Shown one piece after another: positions 7,894 through 15,818 of a stretch of DNA of 17,359 nucleotides; positions within the stretch are counted from its first letter, which is position 1; each line of letters begins with the position of its first letter. The DNA is from Caenibacillus caldisaponilyticus (GTDB lineage Bacteria; Bacillota; Bacilli; Bacillales; Sporolactobacillaceae): NCBI RefSeq assembly GCF_002003465.1, contig NZ_BDDQ01000040.1:1-17359 (forward strand), read 5' to 3'. A program made the position numbers and the translations under genes. Below the pieces are notes generated by a model. That model was not told the origin of the DNA and searched no databases. It saw only the letters and a list, made by a program, of their open reading frames with translations.

Positions 7894-8226
7894 AGAAATC
7901 CTTTATCTGAATGCCGCATACAAAACCGCTTTGTATGACCGAACGGGTTTTTCGATTCTCAAGGTACGGTGATCCTGGTGCCTGGTAAAGGCATCGCTTT
8001 GATGGTTGATCAGTCGGAGGCAGAGCGGCTGACGACCATCATTTTTTATGTTCATTTGCTGATCGTGACGCACTGAGTTTTATCAAGATAAGGCATCTTG
8101 TTCGTTTTATTCGGCGGCGTTTGCCTCACCGATTTTTTAAGGCATCTTTATGTTTGCATATTCGTTATAACGGGAAACTCAATCACTCTCACCCTTTTAT
8201 TCCTCTTATATGTCTTGCAATAAGAA

Positions 8227-8247
8227 TATATCTTATAATAAGATATA
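8227..8247 (+). promoter_or_regulatory. perfect 21-bp palindrome, candidate MarR operator
   Basis: TATATCTTAT-a-ATAAGATATA, 22 nt upstream of the MarR ATG. It overlaps a TATAAT hexamer (8234-8239); TTGCAA lies at 8215-8220. Confidence 0.5.
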
Positions 8248-8268
8248 AATGCGAAAGGAGGCCGCTGT

Positions 8269-8694
8269 ATGCAATTGGACGAGATGGTTGAGACAATCAA
8301 CGAGCAATGGACGGACATCTATTACCTCTTGCATTATGTTTACGATGACAATCTCTCGCATCAAGCCATTCGTTTATTGCAATATATTGAAAAAAACGAG
8401 AAAGCGACCATAGGGGATTTAGCCAAACATTTAAAGGTGTCCCATAATACCGCTTCTGAACATACAAAAAGACTGATGAAAAAAGGGCTTGTGACGAAAC
8501 GCAGAAGCCGAACGGATGAAAGAAAGGTGTTCGTCGCTTTAACTGAAAAAGGCCGTAACGTGCTGTATCGTCATACCCGATTAGATAGGGATAAATTGAG
8601 AAAGGTTTTAGAAAATCTCAGCCCATCGGATTTGGAGATCATACAAAAGGCTTTTTCCGTTTTTAGCGAGGGAGTAAAGCAATGTTTGCGCTAG
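8269..8694 (+). CDS. MarR family transcriptional regulator
   Basis: Winged-helix segment 'ATIGDLAKHLKVSHNTASEHTKRLMKKGLVTKRRSRTDERKVFVALTEKG'. AGGAGG lies 7 nt upstream of the ATG. Confidence 0.9.
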   Translation: MQLDEMVETINEQWTDIYYLLHYVYDDNLSHQAIRLLQYIEKNEKATIGDLAKHLKVSHNTASEHTKRLMKKGLVTKRRSRTDERKVFVALTEKGRNVLYRHTRLDRDKLRKVLENLSPSDLEIIQKAFSVFSEGVKQCLR

Positions 8695-9017
8695 CAAAAA
8701 TCGTCGTATCTGCCGTCATAATTGGAATCGTAACGGAAGTGGCAAAGCGCTTCCCGACATTCGGCGGGATTATAGCCGCATTGCCGTTGGTGAGTTTACT
8801 CAGTTTAAGTTGGCTTTATATTCAAGGGGAACAAACGCCAAATCTAAGCAAATTTGTATTTGGCGTTTTATGGGGACTGCCGGCAACTTTCCTTTTATTG
8901 TTCATTGTCGCTTTGTCCTTAAAGGCTTCCAATTCATTGATTTTATCGATTGTATTAGGCATCGGCGGTTGGGGGGTATTTTTAGTCCTACAGAATATGG
9001 TATTTAAGAACATATAA
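8682..9017 (+). CDS. DUF3147-family small membrane protein
   Basis: 111-aa hydrophobic product ('GGIIAALPLVSLLSLSWLY') overlapping the MarR stop by 13 nt, with a GAGGGAG RBS. The family call is from memory. Confidence 0.75.
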   Translation: MFALAKIVVSAVIIGIVTEVAKRFPTFGGIIAALPLVSLLSLSWLYIQGEQTPNLSKFVFGVLWGLPATFLLLFIVALSLKASNSLILSIVLGIGGWGVFLVLQNMVFKNI

Positions 9018-9027
9018 ATGGATTCCC

Positions 9028-9060
9028 GCGCAGGAGACATATTCTGCGTCTGTTTTTTTT
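9028..9060 (+). terminator. rho-independent terminator of the MarR-DUF3147 unit
   Basis: Stem gcgcag/ctgcgt followed by a run of 8 T. Confidence 0.7.
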
Positions 9061-9067
9061 AGTGATT

Positions 9068-9141
9068 ACATCAAAAAATTTTGATTTATGCATTGACACA
9101 TCAAAAAAAATTGATGTAAATTTATATCAAGAAATTTTGAT
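9068..9141 (+). promoter_or_regulatory. three tandem ATCAA-N6-TTGAT inverted repeats with an embedded TTGACA promoter
   Basis: ATCAAAAAATTTTGAT (9070-9085), ACATCAAAAAAAATTGATGT (9098-9117) and ATCAAGAAATTTTGAT (9126-9141). TTGACA at 9093-9098 abuts repeat 2 (sharing its first base), and a weak -10 (GTAAAT/TAAATT, about 9116-9122) follows. All lie within 100 nt of the ArsR ATG. Confidence 0.6.
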
Positions 9142-9168
9142 CTGTTCTTTTGGAAGAAGGTGTAAGAG

Positions 9169-9564
9169 ATGACTTTAAACACTGAGCAATTGGCTAAAAT
9201 CGCAAAAGCCCTTAGCGATCCTATCCGTTTGAAAATTCTCGATCTCATTCGTGCCGGATATAGTGAATTAGATGTCAATCCTCCGGTTGCTTGTTGCACG
9301 GGCGGCGTTTGCGTCTGTGATATCCAAGAACAGATGGATATGGCGCAATCAAAAGTTTCTTATCACCTGAAAGAACTGAAAAATGCGGGCTTGGTTACAG
9401 AAACCAAGGTAGGGAAGTGGAATTTTTATTCCATAAACCGATCAACATTTCAAGATTATTTGAAAGAAATTTATCGATTATATATTGATGGCGACCCGGT
9501 TGCAACTCATATTGAGCATGGGGAAAGAAGGGAAAGCCCATATGTTCAGCAAAATCGCCCATGA
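9169..9564 (+). CDS. ArsR/SmtB family metalloregulator with extra Cys cluster
   Basis: 'LSDPIRLKILDLI...VCVCDIQEQMDMAQSKVSYHLKELKNAGLV...GKWNFYSI' is the ArsR winged helix. It carries an insertion 'GYSELDVNPPVACCTGG' directly before the CVC site. Confidence 0.9.
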   Translation: MTLNTEQLAKIAKALSDPIRLKILDLIRAGYSELDVNPPVACCTGGVCVCDIQEQMDMAQSKVSYHLKELKNAGLVTETKVGKWNFYSINRSTFQDYLKEIYRLYIDGDPVATHIEHGERRESPYVQQNRP

Positions 9565-10408
9565 TTTCTTTTCCATCGCAGTCGAATTGACTGTTTTATT
9601 CGTCGTGATCTCATTTCTTATCAGTCTCCTTCAAGGGCTCATTCCTTATGACAAGATTAACAAAGCATTGTCCGGGAAGAATACGTTTCTTGGAGTGATC
9701 GCTGCGCTTGTCTTTGCCTTTGTTACTCCCTTTTGCTCCTGTTCAACCATTCCGGTGGTTGTAAATCTGTTAAACAAGCAAGTACGGTTTGGGATTGTGA
9801 TGGTTTTTCTCTTTTCTTCTCCTGTCTTGGACCCAACCATCATCACCTTAATGGCCACTCTACTGGGAGTAAAGGTTGCGGTCGCTTATACCTTGATCAC
9901 TTCTATGTTATCGGCTGTCATTGGGCTTGCTTTAGAAAAATTGGGATTTGAAAAAGCAGTGAAACGGGTTATCATGACCGGATATGAAGAAAAGCAAGTG
10001 ACATTCAGTTTTAAACGGGCTCTAAAGGAAACGCTCGGTTTAATGAAATCTGTTTATCCTTACCTCCTCATCGGTGCGGGCATCGGTTCGATCATCCATG
10101 AGGCGGTACCATCCCAATGGATTTCAGAACACTTTAGTGGTGAAAACTGGTGGTTGGTTCCTGTGGCAGCCATCATCGGAATTCCTTTATATGTCCGAAT
10201 TTCCACGATGATCCCGCTTTCGCAAATATTGATCACAAAGGGAATGGCGTTAGGTCCTGTCATGGCTTTAATGATTGGTTCTACAGGTGCCAGCCTACCT
10301 GAGTTAACCTTGTTAAACTCTATCTTTCAAAAACGGTTAGTCATGGCTTTTGTTGTCTCCGTTGTGATGATGGCCTCTATTTCAGGCTTCCTGTTTTATA
10401 TCATTTAA
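9542..10408 (+). CDS. PF03773/ArsP-type permease with TM CxC motif
   Basis: Polytopic membrane protein. 'FVTPFCSCSTIPVV' and 'FLFSSPVLDP' match the predicted-permease (YraQ/ArsP) family as I remember it. The likely start is ATG 9542, 8 nt after GAAGGGA, overlapping the regulator by 23 nt. The track start 9485 lacks an RBS. Confidence 0.85.
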   Translation: MFSKIAHDFFSIAVELTVLFVVISFLISLLQGLIPYDKINKALSGKNTFLGVIAALVFAFVTPFCSCSTIPVVVNLLNKQVRFGIVMVFLFSSPVLDPTIITLMATLLGVKVAVAYTLITSMLSAVIGLALEKLGFEKAVKRVIMTGYEEKQVTFSFKRALKETLGLMKSVYPYLLIGAGIGSIIHEAVPSQWISEHFSGENWWLVPVAAIIGIPLYVRISTMIPLSQILITKGMALGPVMALMIGSTGASLPELTLLNSIFQKRLVMAFVVSVVMMASISGFLFYII

Positions 10409-10422
10409 AGGAGGTGAAATAC

Positions 10423-10539
10423 ATGCTGAAATGGTTTAGCCAAAAAGAAGAATCCTGTTGCAACATTCAAATCCAAGAAGTGCAATCAGAACAAAAGGAA
10501 CCATGTTGCGGTGAACAAACTGAACAAGAATGTTGCTAA
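10423..10539 (+). CDS. 38-aa acidic peptide with three Cys-Cys pairs (MLKWFSQKEESCCNIQIQEVQSEQKEPCCGEQTEQECC)
   Basis: Too short for the ORF track. AAGGAGGTG (10408-10416) lies 6 nt before the ATG, which is 14 nt after the permease stop. A terminator follows within 10 nt of the TAA. Confidence 0.55.
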   Translation: MLKWFSQKEESCCNIQIQEVQSEQKEPCCGEQTEQECC

Positions 10540-10547
10540 ACATCAAA

Positions 10548-10588
10548 AGCCCTTTGCCCTTGGTGGTAAAGGGCTAACGGTGTTTTTT
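10548..10588 (+). terminator. rho-independent terminator of the ArsR-permease-peptide unit
   Basis: 8-bp stem agcccttt/aaagggct (10548-10555 / 10568-10575); a TTTTTT run at 10583-10588 sits 7 nt after the stem. Confidence 0.6.
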
Positions 10589-10660
10589 AAATAAGTGTAC
10601 CCTGGATGACCCGCGCAGCAACTAAACAAGAATTCCCAGCCATTTTGAACATTTGATTAA

Positions 10661-10686
10661 AGCCACATCTCAAAATCGATGTGGCT
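10661..10686 (-). terminator. hairpin at the end of the minus-strand ars unit
   Basis: 9-bp stem agccacatc/gatgtggct, 8 nt past the remnant's stop. The downstream U-tract on the minus strand is weak (UUAAUCAAAU). Confidence 0.4.
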
Positions 10687-10693
10687 CGGCTTT

Positions 10694-11370
<677 letters not shown>

Positions 11371-11667
11371 GTTGTACACTCCTTTAGTGTAAGATGGATA
11401 CCCAGAGGAGTTCGGTGGAATGGGGGGGCTTGGGAGATGTCTGAACCGTAACGGCAATTGTTTTAAATGCGGTCCTTGTGTTTTTGGCCGTTGGGATCTT
11501 TAAAATTGGCATGTCTGTCGTGGTTTATGGCAGTGCCAGGATGGCGTCTCCTGTTGCGGACCAACCGATCGATAGCCCCTTAGGTTGCCAAATCACGAAA
11601 ATTCATGCAATCAAAAAACGATAAGTGTTAAAACGGATATCCATGACAAGACCAAATCTTCTTTGGC

Positions 11668-11994
11668 TTAATCGCATACAACCTTTAATCCGTTGGCTTT
11701 CAGTTCTTCAATTTCCTTAGAGGTATCCGGGAGTGTTTTGAGAAACTCTTGGAAGAAAGGGAACATGGAACCATCAAGGGAATAAAACACCCACTTTCCT
11801 TGGCGTCGCTCCTTAACGAGTTTTGCATTTTTTAGCTTTCGCATGTGTTGGGAAACGGCCGGTTGAGTCATTTTGAGGAGTTCCACTAATTCGCATACGC
11901 ATAGATCTTCTGTTCTGAGCAAGGAGAGGATGCGTAATCGAGTTTTGTCCCCCAGTGCTTTGTGATACTCCGCTAATTGCTCCCAATCAAGCAT
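11668..11994 (-). CDS. arsR: ArsR family arsenic-responsive repressor
   Basis: 'LGDKTRLRILSLLRTEDLCVCELVELLKMTQPAVSQHMRKLKNAKLV' is an ArsR HTH with a CVC site. GGGGAG RBS. It heads the unit containing arsC. Confidence 0.9.
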   Translation of the reverse strand: MLDWEQLAEYHKALGDKTRLRILSLLRTEDLCVCELVELLKMTQPAVSQHMRKLKNAKLVKERRQGKWVFYSLDGSMFPFFQEFLKTLPDTSKEIEELKANGLKVVCD

Positions 11995-12204
11995 AGATAT
12001 CTCCCCATAAAATATAAAGATATGCTTATATTATAATTTAATAAACATTTATATTCCAGCTAAGATTTTCTCGAGAAACTCAATCTAACACAATGATACG
12101 AGCTTCTTGAGCAGGGAGTAGTCAATATAAATAATAAAACAATGGTTTGATTGTTTGATCATCTTGCGTTATTATTAAAATAATCATTTGAATGTTATAA
12201 TGGG

Positions 12205-12597
12205 GTGTTGTTTTTGGCTGAAGATCGTTGCGATATTTACTGTTATGATGAAGCGAAAGTGCGGCGGGTCCATCGTTCGCTGGAACAAGAAGACTTTCTC
12301 GGCACGGCACAGCTTTTCAAAGCGTTGGCCGATCCGACGCGCCTAAAAATTGTTTATGCTTTGGTTCAAGAGGATGAGCTTTGTGTTTGTGATGTAGCGA
12401 ATATTATCGAATCCACAGTAGCTGCGGCTTCCCATCATTTGCGCTTTCTTCGGAATATCGGCTTTGCGAAGTATCGGAAAGAAGGAAAAATGGTTTTTTA
12501 TTCTCTGGATAATGACCATGTCAAACAACTTGTCCAATTGGCATTCACTCAAAATAAGGGGTTAACCACAAGTGGAGCAAGTAAAAGTTCAAGATAA
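12205..12597 (+). CDS. cadC: Cd(II)/Pb(II)/Zn(II)-responsive ArsR-family repressor CadC
   Basis: The N-terminal '[12 protein letters not shown]' Cys pair plus '[10 protein letters not shown]...AASHHLRFL' closely parallels S. aureus pI258 CadC as I remember it. The start is uncertain: GTG 12205, TTG 12208 or TTG 12214. Confidence 0.9.
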   Translation: MLFLAEDRCDIYCYDEAKVRRVHRSLEQEDFLGTAQLFKALADPTRLKIVYALVQEDELCVCDVANIIESTVAAASHHLRFLRNIGFAKYRKEGKMVFYSLDNDHVKQLVQLAFTQNKGLTTSGASKSSR

Positions 12598-14698
12598 AAA
12601 AGTGTACCGTGTTCAAGGGTTCACCTGTGCCAGCTGTGCAGCAAAGTTTGAGGGGAATGTGAAAAAGCTTCCCGGTGTCAGGGATGCCCAGGTAAACTTT
12701 GGAGCCGCTAAAATCACCGTATATGGGGAGCCTTCCATAAAAGATTTGGAGAAGGCCGGCGCATTTGAGAGCCTGAAGATTTATCCGGAAAATCAGGACG
12801 TCCGTATGGAGAGAGAACCCTTTTGGAAGCGGAATGAAGCCATTCAAGTCGGGGTTTCATTGGCGCTTCTCATGATCGGCTGGTTGATGGGTAAGTTCTA
12901 TGGCGAAGACAGCCTTCTTTCTGTAGCTTTTTATTTCCTTTCCATGTTAATAGGCGGATATGCTTTGTTCCGGAAAGGATTGCTAAACCTCACTCGACTC
13001 CGATTTGATATGTATACCTTGATGACGATTGCCGTCTTAGGTGCTGCTTTCATTGGTGAGTGGGGAGAAGGCGCGACTGTGGTCATTCTCTTTGCCATCA
13101 GCGAAGCGTTGGAAACCTATTCCATGAATCAGGCCCGTCAATCCATCCGCGAACTGATGGACGTTGCCCCCAAGCAAGCTCTTGTTCGCCGTGAAGGCAA
13201 GGAGTTCTTGATTCCGGTCGATGAGGTCCAGATAGGAGACATCATGATTGTGAAGCCGGGGCAAAAACTGGCCATGGATGGCGTGGTCGTCAAAGGAAGT
13301 TCCTCAATTAACCAAGCTCCGATTACAGGGGAATCCATCCCGGTGACAAAAAATGTAGGCGATCAAGTATATGCCGGAACGATAAATGAAGAAGGGCTGT
13401 TGGAAGTCAAAGTAACCAAACGCGTCGAAGATACGACCATTGCCAAGATCATCCATTTGGTCGAAGAAGCCCAGGCGGAAAAAGCGCCTTCTCAAACTTT
13501 TGTCGACCGTTTTGCCAAGATTTATACGCCTGCCATTCTGATGGCCGGATTTCTGGTTGCTGTTATTCCGCCTCTTCTGTTCCAAGCGGATTGGAACGAT
13601 TGGATCTATCGCGGGTTGGCTCTTTTGGTCGTGGGTTGCCCATGCGCATTGGTGATTTCAACACCGGTTTCCATAGTGACGGCCATCGGAAATGCCGCGC
13701 GAAACGGAGTGCTGATCAAAGGCGGCATCCATTTGGAGGAAGCCGGAGCGCTTTCCGTCGTGGCCTTTGATAAAACAGGGACTTTAACGCGTGGGGTTCC
13801 GGTGGTGACAGACTTTATTCCGTTGATATCCGACAAAGAAAAAGAGTTCTTAAGCATAGCGGCAACCATTGAGAAACACTCACAGCACCCGTTGGCCTCA
13901 GCGATTTTGCGGAAAGCGGAGGAAGAAGCCGTTCCAATTCGCGAGGTCGAAGATTTCTTCTCTCTGACGGGAAAAGGGGTCCGAGCAAAGATAAACGGGA
14001 TTTATTATTACATGGGCAGTCCTGGACTATTTGAAGAACTCTTGCCGGCCGGCATTCCAGACCAAACGAAGAAACGAATGCTTGATCTTCAACAACAAGG
14101 AAAAACCGTGATGGCATTGGGAACGGAAAGCGAAATGCTGGCTCTGATTGCCGCAGCGGATGATGTAAGGGAAAACAGTAAGGAAGTAATCCGACGGTTG
14201 CATGAACTGGGGATTAAAAAGACGGTCATGTTGACTGGCGATAACCGGGCCACGGCTGAGGCGATCGGTAAACAATTAGGAATTGGCGAAGTTCAGGCTG
14301 AACGGTTGCCTCAAGACAAATTTGAGTTTATCAAACAACTTCGTTCAGACGGTTCCAAAGTCGCGATGGTCGGCGACGGGGTCAACGATGCGCCTGCCCT
14401 TGCAGCCTCTACAGTTGGGATTGCCATGGGAGGAGCCGGTACGGATTCGGCCCTTGAAACGGCGGATATCGTGCTGATGGCTGATGACTTGGGAAAATTG
14501 CCTTTCACCATGCAGTTAAGTCGCAAAGCGTTGCAAATCATTAAGCAGAACATCACTTTTTCCTTAGCAATAAAAACGGTAGCCTTATTGCTCATCGGAC
14601 CGGGTTGGCTCACCCTATGGATGGCTGTCTTTGCGGATATGGGCGCAACGTTGATCGTTACTTTAAATGGGCTGAGATTGCTGAAAGTGAAAGATTAA
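12572..14698 (+). CDS. cadA: Cd2+/Zn2+/Co2+-translocating P1B-type ATPase
   Basis: One N-terminal HMA domain '[12 protein letters not shown]', TM 'CPC' ([13 protein letters not shown]), 'DKTGTLT', 'SQHPLA' and '[10 protein letters not shown]'. GTG start with TAAGGGGT upstream; it overlaps the cadC end by 26 nt. Confidence 0.95.
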   Translation: MEQVKVQDKKVYRVQGFTCASCAAKFEGNVKKLPGVRDAQVNFGAAKITVYGEPSIKDLEKAGAFESLKIYPENQDVRMEREPFWKRNEAIQVGVSLALLMIGWLMGKFYGEDSLLSVAFYFLSMLIGGYALFRKGLLNLTRLRFDMYTLMTIAVLGAAFIGEWGEGATVVILFAISEALETYSMNQARQSIRELMDVAPKQALVRREGKEFLIPVDEVQIGDIMIVKPGQKLAMDGVVVKGSSSINQAPITGESIPVTKNVGDQVYAGTINEEGLLEVKVTKRVEDTTIAKIIHLVEEAQAEKAPSQTFVDRFAKIYTPAILMAGFLVAVIPPLLFQADWNDWIYRGLALLVVGCPCALVISTPVSIVTAIGNAARNGVLIKGGIHLEEAGALSVVAFDKTGTLTRGVPVVTDFIPLISDKEKEFLSIAATIEKHSQHPLASAILRKAEEEAVPIREVEDFFSLTGKGVRAKINGIYYYMGSPGLFEELLPAGIPDQTKKRMLDLQQQGKTVMALGTESEMLALIAAADDVRENSKEVIRRLHELGIKKTVMLTGDNRATAEAIGKQLGIGEVQAERLPQDKFEFIKQLRSDGSKVAMVGDGVNDAPALAASTVGIAMGGAGTDSALETADIVLMADDLGKLPFTMQLSRKALQIIKQNITFSLAIKTVALLLIGPGWLTLWMAVFADMGATLIVTLNGLRLLKVKD

Positions 14699-15165
14699 GC
14701 ATCCGGCGTTTTTCAATGAGAGCAATAACCACATGACTAACAAGCCGTTGAGCGCGTATCATTGTGACATAACTGTCCGCGCGGGCAGATGCGTTCGGGC
14801 GCACCTTCTGGTGGTCGCTCGCCTTCACCGCGATCGAGCTTGTTCCCGCAATCTTTCTTCCCTGAAGCAAACGTGAACCGGGCAACTCATACGATCATAA
14901 CGGCGAGGAAACCCCAGGGCAAATGCGGGCTTCCTTTGAACGGTCGGTGTTCATTCGTTCTGGAGCGGTGGTTGAAGACCTCCCGCCTCCATGAAGAAAA
15001 TTTACCATCAGCACGGGAGAACGAAAAAAGAAAAAAGAGGGTTTCGGCAAACTTTGCGGAATAATATATTTATGGGCGAACGGGAAGTTTAGTTTCAAAA
15101 GGATTCATCATAGGGACGAGAATACAAACATAATCACTAACTAAACGATAAGGAGTCTGTTCGCG

Positions 15166-15561
15166 ATGCAAAAAATCACGACGTTTTTGATGTTCCAAGG
15201 CCAGGCGGAAGAGGCGATGAATTTATATACTTCTCTATTTGACAAGTCGGAAATCATCAGTATTTCCCGTTATGGCGCCAATGAGGAGGGGGAAGAAGGG
15301 ACGGTGAAGCATGCGATATTTTCATTAAACGGCCAAGAATTTATGTGCATTGACAGCAACGTGAAACATGATTTTACTTTCACACCTTCCATTTCATTGT
15401 ATGTCAATTGTGATACGGAAGACGAGCTCGACCGGATTTATGAGAAACTATCCGAGGGCGGCAAGGTTTTAATGCCGTTGGCCGCTTATCCATTTAGTAA
15501 AAAGTTTTGTTGGGTGCAAGATAAATACGGCGTTTCATGGCAACTGAACTTGGCAAAATAA
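15166..15561 (+). CDS. VOC-superfamily protein, PhnB/3-demethylubiquinone-9 3-methyltransferase-domain type
   Basis: 'ITTFLMFQGQAEEAMNLYTSLF...FMCIDSN..FTFTPSISLYVNC...KYGVSWQLN' is typical of this family. AAGGAG RBS. Confidence 0.85.
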   Translation: MQKITTFLMFQGQAEEAMNLYTSLFDKSEIISISRYGANEEGEEGTVKHAIFSLNGQEFMCIDSNVKHDFTFTPSISLYVNCDTEDELDRIYEKLSEGGKVLMPLAAYPFSKKFCWVQDKYGVSWQLNLAK

Positions 15562-15818
15562 CCGGTAAGAGAGGATACCGATAAAAATCCGCACAGCATT
15601 CACCGCTCTTTTATGGGCGGTTTTCTTGTATATGAATACCGCACCGGACCATACACTTTCCCATCATGAACCGCCATTTATCACAATGTCATATTTGGAA
15701 CAGATGGCTGAAAAAATCTTTAAAAGGCCGGGGACATCCAATGTGGAATGGTCCATCATAACATGAGGTTGCCGTCGAGGACGCATATATGCGATTGGAC
15801 GAGTTAGGAGGGGTTAAA

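Noticed and set aside
7917-7952. 8-bp hairpin catacaaa/tttgtatg after the YvaD-like gene, considered as a terminator
   Set aside because: The T-run is separated from the stem by 10 nt, which is too weak to call. The adjacent 'GFFDSQGTVILVPGKGIALMVDQSEAERLTTIIFY' open frame (about 7940-8075) is an unrecognised fragment without a start.
8089-8148. 11-bp direct repeat TAAGGCATCTT (8089-8099 and 8138-8148), with a third partial AAGGCATC near 7998; considered as att or target-site duplication marking the island's left end
   Set aside because: It is too short, both copies are on the same side, and no matching copy lies near the right boundary (only a loose TAAGCATCC at about 14696).
10423-10539. 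Reading the Cys-rich 38-aa ORF as a RiPP/lanthipeptide precursor or as a regulatory leader peptide
   Set aside because: No modification enzyme, protease or immunity genes are nearby. It lies at the 3' end of the operon directly before the terminator, so it cannot act as an upstream attenuator.
11455-11640. Plus-strand hydrophobic open frame '[37 protein letters not shown]...' inside the arsR-arsC gap
   Set aside because: It has no start codon with an RBS, is only about 60 codons long, and is antisense to the operon. I treat it as part of the deletion or rearrangement scar rather than a gene.
12545-14613. Multiple 66-100-aa minus-strand ORFs inside cadA, and 12343-12552 inside cadC
   Set aside because: They are antisense to genes with unambiguous P-type ATPase and CadC motifs, and have no RBSs.
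14700-14825. T-box-leader-like elements: 'GAGAG' near 14718 and 'GGTGGTCGCTCG' at 14810-14821
   Set aside because: The second element matches the remembered T-box consensus (GGGTGGTACCGCG) only partially. There is no specifier or terminator architecture, and the downstream gene (VOC protein) is not an amino-acid-related gene.
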